DNA of 64,000 bases from Candidatus Limnocylindrus sp. (GTDB lineage Bacteria; Chloroflexota; Limnocylindria; Limnocylindrales; Limnocylindraceae). The stretch is from positions 159,255 to 223,254 of the forward strand of contig JBBAWM010000003.1 in NCBI GenBank assembly GCA_040397175.1, written 5' to 3'. Within the stretch, counting starts at the first letter, position 1, and each line of letters opens with the position of its first letter. The notes under the pieces were generated by a model that saw nothing but the letters and a program-made list of their open reading frames with translations, ran no database searches and was not told the DNA's origin. The position numbers and the translations under genes are program-made. This document shows, one piece after another, positions 1 through 8,654 of the stretch.

Positions 1-38
1 AGGGCCGCCACCTCCATCACCGGATCAATAGGTGTCAT
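1..38 (-). CDS. nuoL: Probable 5' end of NADH-quinone oxidoreductase subunit L (partial, runs off window)
   Basis: ATG at 38-36 lies 3 nt after the nuoK stop and reads MTPIDPVMEVAA. Identity is inferred from nuoJ-K-L gene order only. Confidence 0.55.
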   Translation of the reverse strand, partial: MTPIDPVMEVAA

Positions 39-41
39 GGG

Positions 42-362
42 TTACTGCCTCATCGTGTCGTACTCGTCGACGAGCGGCGTCTTTCGGTTGCGGAAGATGG
101 CGATCACGATCGCCAGGCCAACGGTGGCCTCTGCCGCCGCCACGGCGATGATCAACAGCGCGAAGGCTGCCCCCTGCCCCGCGAGCGACGGGATAAATGC
201 GCCAAAGGCCAATGCGGCAAGGTTCACGGCGTTCAACATCAGTTCAATGCTCATCAGCATGCTGATCGCATTTCGTCGCGCGAGGAAGCCGAATGATCCG
301 ATGGCAAAGAGCATCCCCGCGAGAACGAGGTACGGCTCGAGGTGCCCAGCGATTTGGCTCAC
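42..362 (-). CDS. nuoK: NADH-quinone oxidoreductase subunit K
   Basis: Three TM helices with SIELMLNAVNL and AVAAAEATVGLAIVIAIFR motifs, including both conserved Glu. Confidence 0.97.
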   Translation of the reverse strand: MSQIAGHLEPYLVLAGMLFAIGSFGFLARRNAISMLMSIELMLNAVNLAALAFGAFIPSLAGQGAAFALLIIAVAAAEATVGLAIVIAIFRNRKTPLVDEYDTMRQ

Positions 363-919
363 TGCGCCTCCTCGCCTACTTCATCAGCCTTCGGCTCCAT
401 CGCGAGGTAGAGGCCCCCGATCACGGCGGCAAGGATGAGCACGCTCGCGATCTCAAATGCAAGGAGATATGGGCCAAAGAGTGCCGCAGCAACGGGCGCG
501 GTGCCCGTTGCAGCAGGCGTATCCGTGAAAACGGTGGAGCCCCAGTTCGTGCTACCGAACGCGAGGCCAAAGAGCACGGCGAGCAGCACAGCGGCAAGTG
601 CTGCCGGCGCGACCTGCGTTTGGAAAGCAAGCTTCACCGGCGCCACCTTTGTCTGTGTGAGCATGATCGCAAAGAGAATCAGCACGCTAATTGCACCGAT
701 GTACACCAGTACCTGCGCGCCAGCAACGATGGCTGCGCCCAACATCACGTAGATGCCCGCAAGTGCGCCGAGGGTAAGGATTAGGAAGAGGCCACTCTTA
801 ATGATGTCGCGGCCAAAAACGACGGCGAACGCTGCAGCGAGCACCACGCCGCTCAGAAGTAGGAAGAGAACATCCGACCACCCGAGCCCAATAAACGGGA
901 TGACGTCGGGGAGCGGCAT
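359..919 (-). CDS. nuoJ: NADH-quinone oxidoreductase subunit J
   Basis: QVLVYIGAISVLILFAIMLT and YLLAFEIASVLILAAVIGG motifs; 4-nt overlap with nuoK. Confidence 0.96.
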   Translation of the reverse strand: MPLPDVIPFIGLGWSDVLFLLLSGVVLAAAFAVVFGRDIIKSGLFLILTLGALAGIYVMLGAAIVAGAQVLVYIGAISVLILFAIMLTQTKVAPVKLAFQTQVAPAALAAVLLAVLFGLAFGSTNWGSTVFTDTPAATGTAPVAAALFGPYLLAFEIASVLILAAVIGGLYLAMEPKADEVGEEAQ

Positions 920-922
920 CGT

Positions 923-3469
923 TTACTTCCGCAGGCTTTGTGGCAGCACAGGAAGCTGTCGGGCTGGATCGTGACGTCGCCCAGCGACGGTGTTCTCCCA
1001 GTTGGCTTCACCACGAATGAATGTTGCCTCTGATGTGCGCTCCAGCTTTGATAGGGCGATGAGGTCAATCATTGGCTCGCTGCGGTCGGTGTGCGCAAGT
1101 TCAAAGTCGAAGCCGCTGCGGAGCGCGTCATATGGACAGGCGTCAACGCAGATGCCGCAAAGGATGCAGCGAGACTCATCAACTTCGTATTTGGTAAGAA
1201 TTCGTGGCTTCGGCATCAGCGCGCCAGTTGGGCAGGTTTCTGCACAGCGGCCACACGAAACACACGGTGATTCATTGAGGCTCATGTCGAGCGGCGTGGT
1301 GACGAGCGTGTCGAAGCCGGTACGCATGAAGTCGTAGCAGGCGGCGCCAACAACCTCGGCACACACATTGGCGCAACGGCCACAGTCAATGCAGCGTGAT
1401 GGCTCGCGCAAGATGAACGCGTGTGAGTCGTCGCGCAGGTAGTCGTGGTTTGCTCCAGTCCAACGGTTTTCGGTAATGGAGCGGAATCCGGCGCCACCGT
1501 GATGGTCCTTCTCGAGCGTCTTAAGCGTGGTGCCGTATTCGATGCCGAGGCGGCGTAGATCGCAGAAGCCGATCGCTTCGCAGGTGCACTGCAAGCAGCG
1601 CGTGCTCTCGGCCATCACCTCGGGCTTGCTGTACGGAATCTCGTATTGGATGTAATCGTTCTTGCGCTCTTCGGCTGGGAGTGCCTTCAGGCGCAGGCGT
1701 GGCTCCTTCACCTCAGCGGTGAACGGAACGATGCTCAAGAACTCTGGCTGAGGCTCGGCGAGTGTCTGTCGGTTGCGAATCTCCGAGAGGTCGAGCCCCT
1801 GCAGGTACGCATCGACGGCGTATGCGCAGCGTCGACCGTCGGCAATCGAAGCGACGACGGTTGTTGCGCCGTTACGCAGGTCGCCGCAGCCGAAGACACC
1901 GTCGCGGCCAGATTGGAAGGTGACAGCGTCCGCCTTCATGCGGCCGTTCTTGGTGGTGGCGACGCCCTCTGCGCCAACGCTCGCCCAGGTCATATCGGGA
2001 CCCTGGCCGATCGCCTTCAGGATGCGGTCGCACTCGATGATGAATTCAGTGCCAGGAGCTGGCTCCGGTCGTCGGCGGCCTGATGCGTCGGGGGCGCCGA
2101 GCTGCATGCGAATGAACTCAAGGCCGATCACCTTGTTGTTCCCATCGGTGACGACGCGGGTCGGCCCAGCCTGGAAGATGGCGCGTGCCCCCTCCTCGAT
2201 CATCTCGTGCACTTCGTCGGCTGCTGGCATGTCCTTCATGTCGCGGCGGTAGACGAGGGTGACCTCCTTGGCCCCCTGGCGCACGCTCGTTCGTGAGCAG
2301 TCCATCGAGGTGTAGCCGCCACCGACCACGACGACGCGACTCCCCTCGTGGCCTGGGTAGGTGAGGCCGAGGGCAGCGGTGTGCAGGTAGTCGAGACCGT
2401 CGATGACACCGTCGGCGTCTTCGCCAGGAATGCCAAGGTCGTTCGTGTCGTAGCAGCCGATAGCAACGACGACGCCGTCGTAGCCCTGTGCCTTCAGGTC
2501 GGCAACGGTGAAGTCGCGACCGAGCATCTTGCCGCACTCAAAGCGGCCACCAAGTCGCGTGATCGACTGGTACTCACCGTCGAGCACTTCGATCTTTGGC
2601 AGTCGGTACTGCGGAATGCCGTAGCGCAACATGCCGCCTGGCTCTGGGTCTTTTTCGAAGACGGTAACGTCGTGGCCGGCAACAAGCAGGTAGTACGCCG
2701 CGGATGCGCCCGCCGGGCCTGAGCCGATGACGGCGACGCGCTTGCCCGTCTTTGGCTGCAGCTCGAATGGCACTGGTGGGTCGAGATCCTCGTCCCACAT
2801 TGCCTTCAACACCTGGTCGCCGGCGTAGCGATGGCTATCACGAATCGCGATGGCCTCGTCGACCTCGTCTCGACGGCAGTGATCCTCGCAGGGCGCTGGG
2901 CAGACGCGGCCAAGGATGCTTGGGAATGGAATGGTGCGCTTGAAGATGCGTGCCGACTCGCGGAACTGCGATTCTGCGTTCGCCTTCAGGAATCCAGGAA
3001 TGTCGATGTGGCTCGGGCACTTGTTCTGGCACGGTGGCAAGCAGTAGGCGTTGTGGTCGCTGAAGATCAGCTCAAGGTTGGTGCGGCGAATCTCGCGGAT
3101 GCGATCGGTCTGCGTTGCTACGACCTGCGCAGGCTCCGCCTTTGCGGAACAACTGATGGATGGTTGATCGCACCCTTCAACATCCACCACGCACATGCGG
3201 CAGGCGCCGAATCCTGGAAGCTTCGGGTCGTAGCAGAGCGTTGGCACCTCGATACCGTTTGCGCGGCAGACTTCCAAAATGGTCTGCCCTTCGAATGCTT
3301 CAAACTTCTGCCCGTCGATCTCGACGTAGAAGGTTGGTGTGCGCTGCGGTCGCTGTGGGCTGCGTGTGGTGAGCAGCTTGTCGACGGCGACCTCTGCCGA
3401 CGGCGCAGGGGTGATCGCGCGCGATACAGGTGTTACTGCGCTTACCGGTCGATCAATCAGGTCGGCCAT
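923..3469 (-). CDS. Multidomain Fe-S flavoprotein: NuoG-type 2Fe-2S, GltD-like FAD/NADPH module, NuoG/HydA-type 2x[4Fe-4S], and the C-terminal half of NuoI
   Basis: PTLC..GACRMC..C (2Fe-2S); PPCQNKCP..GRVCPAPCE (GltD Fe-S); GSGPAG (FAD); GGGYTSMD and YRR (NADPH-type); CIDCGRCANVC and CVSCGRCAETCP; C-terminal YEVDESRCILCGICVDACPYDALRSGFDFELA resembles the second half of NuoI. Confidence 0.88.
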   Translation of the reverse strand: MADLIDRPVSAVTPVSRAITPAPSAEVAVDKLLTTRSPQRPQRTPTFYVEIDGQKFEAFEGQTILEVCRANGIEVPTLCYDPKLPGFGACRMCVVDVEGCDQPSISCSAKAEPAQVVATQTDRIREIRRTNLELIFSDHNAYCLPPCQNKCPSHIDIPGFLKANAESQFRESARIFKRTIPFPSILGRVCPAPCEDHCRRDEVDEAIAIRDSHRYAGDQVLKAMWDEDLDPPVPFELQPKTGKRVAVIGSGPAGASAAYYLLVAGHDVTVFEKDPEPGGMLRYGIPQYRLPKIEVLDGEYQSITRLGGRFECGKMLGRDFTVADLKAQGYDGVVVAIGCYDTNDLGIPGEDADGVIDGLDYLHTAALGLTYPGHEGSRVVVVGGGYTSMDCSRTSVRQGAKEVTLVYRRDMKDMPAADEVHEMIEEGARAIFQAGPTRVVTDGNNKVIGLEFIRMQLGAPDASGRRRPEPAPGTEFIIECDRILKAIGQGPDMTWASVGAEGVATTKNGRMKADAVTFQSGRDGVFGCGDLRNGATTVVASIADGRRCAYAVDAYLQGLDLSEIRNRQTLAEPQPEFLSIVPFTAEVKEPRLRLKALPAEERKNDYIQYEIPYSKPEVMAESTRCLQCTCEAIGFCDLRRLGIEYGTTLKTLEKDHHGGAGFRSITENRWTGANHDYLRDDSHAFILREPSRCIDCGRCANVCAEVVGAACYDFMRTGFDTLVTTPLDMSLNESPCVSCGRCAETCPTGALMPKPRILTKYEVDESRCILCGICVDACPYDALRSGFDFELAHTDRSEPMIDLIALSKLERTSEATFIRGEANWENTVAGRRHDPARQLPVLPQSLRK

Positions 3470-3471
3470 GA

Positions 3472-4731
3472 TCAGCTCCGTCCGCTTGTTGGTGTTGCCG
3501 CCGATGCGGCAATGGCAGGTCCAAACTCAGAGGCAAAGTATCGCACCCCCGTCAGGAGCGGGCTTGGCGCCAGCGCTTCATGTGCACAGAGGGCGCTATC
3601 GGTCACATCGGCGGCGAGCTTCTGCAGCCGCTCGGCATCGGCAGGGCCGGCCAGCCCATCAACAAAGCGCTGGCCGATCTCAGCGAGTCGGCGCGTGCCG
3701 ATTCGGCACGGAATCGTCTTGCCGCACGCCTCGTCAGCGCACCAGCGCGTCAGCATGGTGGCAAGCTCTGGAATGGCGACGGAGTTGTCGAGCGCCAGGA
3801 GTGCGCCTGAGCCTATATGTGCGCCGACACCCTTGAGCCCTGCGCCGCTGTACGGCGTGCCGCCAAAGAGGTTCGCTGGAATGAATCCGCCCGTTGGCCC
3901 ACCAACGAGCAGCGCCTTGATACGTGCGCCACTGGCAGTGCCGCCCGCCGCCGCGAGGATCTCGTTGAGTGGCGTGCCAGTCGGCACCTCAAGGACGCCA
4001 GGGTTTGCGACAGAGCCGCTGATCTGCACGAGCACCGTTCCCGGCTGTGCCGTGTCACCGATCTGCGCAAAGGTCGCAGCGCCGTTGCTGAGGATCCATG
4101 GCACCGCGGCGAGGGTGGCAACGTTGTTCACGGCAGTTGGCTTGCCGAGGTAGCCGATCTCAGATGGATATGGCGGTGTCTGCTCTGGCTGGCCGCGCTT
4201 GCCGGCCAGCGCCTTCATGAGCACCGTCTCTTCGCCGATCATGCTGGAGCCCTGGAGCGGGCGGACAGTGATGATCAGCTCGCGACCGGTGCCGAGCAGC
4301 GATGCGCCGAGGATCCCCTCGCGTTCGGCGTTGGTGATCACCGCTTCGAGTCGCTTGATCGCTTCGGTGTACTCGGCGCGCACGGCGATGAACGCTTCGC
4401 GGGCGCCAACGGTGAGGGCGGCGATGGCGAGCCCTTCCACGATCCCTTGTGGGTTCTCCTCCATGAGGAGTCGGTTGGTGAAGACGGCGGGGTCAGATTC
4501 GTAGCCGTTCGCCACGGCGTAGTGCTGGCTTGCTGGTTCGGCGGCGGTCGCCTGCCACTTCGCTCCGGTCAGGAAGCCGCCGCCGCCGCGACCACGCAGG
4601 CCGGCGGCGATCAGGGTTGCGGTCGTGCTGGCGGCTCCTGCCGCAGCGGCGGCGCGGAGTGCCGCCCACGGCTCGGTCGGTGCCGCGAACAGGAGTTGGC
4701 TCCAGCCCTTCGGGGCGTTCAGGCGCCTCAT
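3472..4731 (-). CDS. nuoF: NuoF-like (51 kDa subunit family) protein, diverged
   Basis: GLRGRGGGGFLTGAKW, GEETVL..GKRGQP..PPYP..GKPTAVNNV, GGPTGG and EACGKTIPCRIGT motifs. Several cofactor residues are substituted. Confidence 0.85.
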   Translation of the reverse strand: MRRLNAPKGWSQLLFAAPTEPWAALRAAAAAGAASTTATLIAAGLRGRGGGGFLTGAKWQATAAEPASQHYAVANGYESDPAVFTNRLLMEENPQGIVEGLAIAALTVGAREAFIAVRAEYTEAIKRLEAVITNAEREGILGASLLGTGRELIITVRPLQGSSMIGEETVLMKALAGKRGQPEQTPPYPSEIGYLGKPTAVNNVATLAAVPWILSNGAATFAQIGDTAQPGTVLVQISGSVANPGVLEVPTGTPLNEILAAAGGTASGARIKALLVGGPTGGFIPANLFGGTPYSGAGLKGVGAHIGSGALLALDNSVAIPELATMLTRWCADEACGKTIPCRIGTRRLAEIGQRFVDGLAGPADAERLQKLAADVTDSALCAHEALAPSPLLTGVRYFASEFGPAIAASAATPTSGRS

Positions 4732-5549
4732 GCGGCGTACCTACCAGCGAGGGCGGCGGCCCAGCTGGCGGCATTCTTGGCGCTGAGGTCGCGCTGTGGC
4801 TCACCATCAATGACCACGAGTGGTGACGGCGCATCGGGCAGGTGGTTCGGGAGCGACTCAAGGCGCAGGTTGCTCCATGGGATCGCCCGGCCGAACTCGG
4901 TGCCGAACTCATAGCTGAGGGTGCCCATCACCGAGCCTGCTCCTGAGACGAGGCAGTTGGCGCAACGGCAGACCGAGATGGAGCGGGTTACCCCGGGCTC
5001 GAAGGCAAGGTGCTTATAGAAGGTGGCGGTGCCGTACACCATGGCGTACCAGGCGCCGGTCGCTCGGCTGACGCGCTTCAACGCATCAACGGGAAGGTAG
5101 CCGTACGCCGCCTGAATCGCCTCCAGGATGGCGAGCATGTGATGCGGGTCGTAGTCGTGCGCTTCAAGAATCTCGTCGACCCTTGCAATGTTGATGGTCG
5201 CCCCAGTTGCCGCCGCCGCGTCGGAGACGGTTCGACCGGAGCGGCGCATCGCCGACTCTTCACGACGTTCGGCGTACTGCTCGGCGGGGCCCCAATGCAC
5301 GGCAAAGCGACCCTTCGTGTCGGTGCCGCCCATGTCAATGCACTCAATCGGGCAAGCCTGCGCGCACTGGAAGCAGGTCTCGCACTTCAGCGTGCCGTGT
5401 TCGTCGGTAACGAGTTCGAGTCGGCCGCGGTTTCGCGGTGCGATGTCGGGCTTCACCTCTGGGTAGAGCACCGTCCGCTTCGGTTGGAAGAAGCGCGTCA
5501 GCGTGAGACGCATCCCTGAAACGAGCCCAGCGCCAGGAATTCGCGGCAT
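4728..5549 (-). CDS. Fusion of the NuoI N-terminal half with a NuoE-like (24 kDa) domain
   Basis: Start MPRIPG at 5549 with GGGAGGT RBS. TVLYPEVKPDIAPRNRGRLEL..KCETCFQCAQACPIECI is NuoI-N; LEAIQAAYGYLP..VYGTATFY..ISVCRCANC is NuoE. Confidence 0.88.
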   Translation of the reverse strand: MPRIPGAGLVSGMRLTLTRFFQPKRTVLYPEVKPDIAPRNRGRLELVTDEHGTLKCETCFQCAQACPIECIDMGGTDTKGRFAVHWGPAEQYAERREESAMRRSGRTVSDAAAATGATINIARVDEILEAHDYDPHHMLAILEAIQAAYGYLPVDALKRVSRATGAWYAMVYGTATFYKHLAFEPGVTRSISVCRCANCLVSGAGSVMGTLSYEFGTEFGRAIPWSNLRLESLPNHLPDAPSPLVVIDGEPQRDLSAKNAASWAAALAGRYAA

Positions 5550-5551
5550 AA

Positions 5552-6892
5552 CTACCTCCCCGCAATCAGCACGGCGAACGCCGTGGCAAAGATATTGAGC
5601 AGTGATGCGGGCAGCAGCCACTTCCAGGCGAAGCCCATCAGCTGATCAATGCGTGCGCGCGGGAGCGTGCCGCGCATCCAGACGAAGGTGAAGACAAGCG
5701 TGAACGTCTTGATCAGGAACCAGATCAGGCTTGCTACGGGTGGCAGCATCACGTACGCCCACAGGCCGATGGCCGCCGTTGATACCGCGCCGAAGATCAA
5801 GAACCCACCGATCAGTGCCTGCCATCCTTTCACGCGCGTACTCGCGAACCAGAGGGGCGCGGCGAAGAGCAACGTGCCAAGTACCGGCGCGATGCCAGCG
5901 AGCAGCGGCAGCCCAATGCCGAGCGCACTGAGATTGATCAGGATCTGCGGATGGAGGTCAATATGGATTGGCGGGTTGGATCCGCCAAGGAATACGGCGC
6001 TGAAGAGTGCCGAGACGATGAAGACGTTCACGTACTCCGCGAAGAAGAAGAAGCCGAAGCGCATGCCGGAATACTCGGTTGCAAATCCGGCGACGATCTC
6101 TTGGTCGGCCTCGGCATTGTCAAATGGTGTGCGGTTCGCCTCGGCGGTGATGGCGATGAAGAAGATGATCGCCGCGAGGGGCTGGCGGAAGATGAACCAG
6201 TCGAGGAACGAGCCGTCTTGCGCGGCAACGATCTTCGGCAGTGAGAGCGTGCCGGTGAGGATCACGATCCCCACAACCGAAAGTGTGAGTGGAATCTCGT
6301 AGCTGATCGCCTGCGCTGCAGCGCGAATGCCGCCGAGCAGCGAGTACTTATTGAACGACGACCACCCGGCCATCATGAGGCCAACGACGCTGAGTCCACC
6401 GATGGCAAAGAAGTAGAGAAGCCCAAGCTCAAAGCCCATGCTCGTAAGCTCTGGCGCAAACGGGATCACGAGGAGCGTCATGAAGCTTGCGAGATAGACA
6501 ACGACTGGCGCGAGCGTGAAGACTGGAACATCGACGCTCGGTGGCGTGTAGTCCTCTTTCATCAACACTTTAAGGCCGTGCACCACGCTCATCACGGCAC
6601 CGGCTGGGCCGATGCGGTCGGGCCCAATGCGCAGGTTCATGAGCGCAATGATCTTCATCTCCATGTAGATCAGCAGGAATGCGACTGGAACAGAGATCAA
6701 GAATGTGATGACGGATGCTGCAAGGAAGCGCACGATCGGCAAGTTTGCGCCGATGGTTGCGGCGATGGCACCACCAAATGTGGCCAGCAGTACGGTCGTC
6801 AGCGCGCCGCCAATGGCGAGCACGGGTAGCAGCACGGCGAGTACCCGGCCCGCTGGTGTGAGGCGGTTCCAGGCCATCGATGCGCCGCTCAC
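5552..6892 (-). CDS. nuoH: NADH-quinone oxidoreductase subunit H (extended)
   Basis: LRIGPDRIGP, KEDYTP, NKYSLLGGIRAAAQAISYE, EANRTPFD..EIVAGFATEYSG and RGTLPRARIDQLM motifs. Confidence 0.96.
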   Translation of the reverse strand: MSGASMAWNRLTPAGRVLAVLLPVLAIGGALTTVLLATFGGAIAATIGANLPIVRFLAASVITFLISVPVAFLLIYMEMKIIALMNLRIGPDRIGPAGAVMSVVHGLKVLMKEDYTPPSVDVPVFTLAPVVVYLASFMTLLVIPFAPELTSMGFELGLLYFFAIGGLSVVGLMMAGWSSFNKYSLLGGIRAAAQAISYEIPLTLSVVGIVILTGTLSLPKIVAAQDGSFLDWFIFRQPLAAIIFFIAITAEANRTPFDNAEADQEIVAGFATEYSGMRFGFFFFAEYVNVFIVSALFSAVFLGGSNPPIHIDLHPQILINLSALGIGLPLLAGIAPVLGTLLFAAPLWFASTRVKGWQALIGGFLIFGAVSTAAIGLWAYVMLPPVASLIWFLIKTFTLVFTFVWMRGTLPRARIDQLMGFAWKWLLPASLLNIFATAFAVLIAGR

Positions 6893-8100
6893 TTGTCAAC
6901 TCCGCCCATGACTGGGTCGAGGCTGGCCATCACCGCCATTGTGTCGGCGATGAGGTTCCCCCTGGTGAGCGGCCCAACAAGTTGTAGGTGCACGAATGAC
7001 GGGTCGTGGATGCGCATGCGGAACGGCTGGTCGGTGCCATCGCTAATTGCGTAGGTGCCGTACACGCCACGTGGCCCTTCAGCGGCACCGAATGCGCGGC
7101 CAGGTCGCGGGCGCAACAGTCGTGGCAGCTTCGCCATCACTGGTCCGTCGGGCATCTCGTGAAGCACCTGGTCGATGATGCGGATCGACTGCTTGATCTC
7201 GTCCATGCGAACGAGGTAGCGCGCCAGCGAGTCGCCCTCGTCGCGGGTTGGCACGTCGAACTCCAGCTCTGGGTAGACGAGATAGGGGCGGTCGCGGCGC
7301 AGGTCGAACGGCACGCCGCTCGCTCGTAGGTTCGGACCGGTCACGCCCATCTTGAGCGCTGTCTTTGCATCGAGAACGCCGAGGCCACGGGTGCGGCGCA
7401 CGAAGATCTCGTTCTCGTTGATCAGGGCCAGGTTGGAGTCGATCTGCGCCGCGGCGCGGCTCATCCACGTGCCGAGGCGGCTCATGAACTCGTGGTTCAG
7501 GTCGCCGTTCACCCCGCCGATTCGGTAGTAGTTGTAGAGCAGCTTCTGTCCGGTGAGGGCGGCGAGCATGTCGACGATCTCGTCGCGCTCGATGAAGGCC
7601 CAGAGGATCGGCGTGATGCCGCCGAGGTCGAGCGCCATCCAGCCCTGGAAGAGGGTGTGGCTGGCGATGCGGTTGAGCTCCATCGTGAGCACGCGGATGT
7701 ACTGCGCACGGAGCGGCACCTCAACATCCATCAACTTTTCGAAAGCGGCGACCGGTGCAGCCTCACAGAAGAGTGACGCCACGTACTCAAGCGGATCGGT
7801 GTAGCAGATCGCCTGGTGGTAGTCGGCGTTCTCGCAGAGCTTCTCAACGCCGCGATGCAGGTAGCCGAGCACCGGGTCAAGGTCGACCACTTTTTCACCG
7901 TTCACCTTGATAATCACGCGCAGCACGCCGTGGGTTGAAGGGTGCTGTGGACCCATGTTCACGAACATCTCGCCTTCGCGCAACGTGAGGAACTCCGCCT
8001 GTCGCTCTGTCTGTGGGATCGGCGCCGGTTCGTACCACGTGGACTCCGCGGGAATCGCTACGCGTGGATCATCGAGCGATGGGCGCATCTGCTGCGTCAT
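6889..8100 (-). CDS. nuoD: NADH-quinone oxidoreductase subunit D
   Basis: NMGPQHPSTHGVLR, GYLHRGVEKL, ELNRIASH, RIGGV and EGPRG motifs. Confidence 0.97.
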   Translation of the reverse strand: MTQQMRPSLDDPRVAIPAESTWYEPAPIPQTERQAEFLTLREGEMFVNMGPQHPSTHGVLRVIIKVNGEKVVDLDPVLGYLHRGVEKLCENADYHQAICYTDPLEYVASLFCEAAPVAAFEKLMDVEVPLRAQYIRVLTMELNRIASHTLFQGWMALDLGGITPILWAFIERDEIVDMLAALTGQKLLYNYYRIGGVNGDLNHEFMSRLGTWMSRAAAQIDSNLALINENEIFVRRTRGLGVLDAKTALKMGVTGPNLRASGVPFDLRRDRPYLVYPELEFDVPTRDEGDSLARYLVRMDEIKQSIRIIDQVLHEMPDGPVMAKLPRLLRPRPGRAFGAAEGPRGVYGTYAISDGTDQPFRMRIHDPSFVHLQLVGPLTRGNLIADTMAVMASLDPVMGGVDK

Positions 8101-8102
8101 CG

Positions 8103-8654
8103 CTACGCCCCTGGGCTCTTGCGCAGCAGGGTTGCTGCGGTTGCGTCGGCCGGTGTTCCGGCGCGCTCCATGTTTCGCACACCAGCGGCGGGTGAGCGCG
8201 ATGCATCGTCGGCGAGATAGAAATCTTTGCGCAGCGGGAAGCTGCGGTAATCGTCTGGCATGTAGATGCGACGCAGGTCGCGATTCCCCTCAAAGATGAT
8301 CCCAAACATGTCGTAGGCCTCGCGCTCCATCCACTCGGCGCCTGGCCACAAGAATGTTGCCGACGCAATGCGCGGCGCGGTGCGATCGAGTCCTGGAACA
8401 ATGACGCGAAGCCAATCACCACTCGTTGACGAAGAGAGGTGGTACACAACTTGCATCTCTTCGCCGGTGTCGACACCGCACAGGTCAATCAGCATTTCAA
8501 ATCGAAACGCAGGGTCATCGTGCAACAATCGCAACGTATCGGTGGCATCGGCAAGCGCAACGCGAATCTCACTCTCGTCATATCGCTGGCGCACCGGTGT
8601 GAGGAGTCGCTCGCCAAACTTCTCTTGCAGCAGTGCGGCGAGACGGCGATCCAC
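8103..8654 (-). CDS. nuoC: NADH-quinone oxidoreductase subunit C
   Basis: DLCGVD and WMEREAYDMFGIIFEG..LRRIYMP..FPLRKDF motifs. Confidence 0.96.
   Translation of the reverse strand: MDRRLAALLQEKFGERLLTPVRQRYDESEIRVALADATDTLRLLHDDPAFRFEMLIDLCGVDTGEEMQVVYHLSSSTSGDWLRVIVPGLDRTAPRIASATFLWPGAEWMEREAYDMFGIIFEGNRDLRRIYMPDDYRSFPLRKDFYLADDASRSPAAGVRNMERAGTPADATAATLLRKSPGA

Noticed and set aside
923-3469. Calling the 848-aa protein glutamate synthase beta, a hydrogenase or formate dehydrogenase
   Set aside because: There is no gltB neighbour, no H-cluster motif and no molybdopterin domain. It is embedded in the nuo operon and ends in a NuoI half.
2831-4914. Long plus-strand ORFs (440 aa, 365 aa) opposite the nuo genes
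   Set aside because: They are antisense shadows of high-GC coding sequence with no recognisable motifs.
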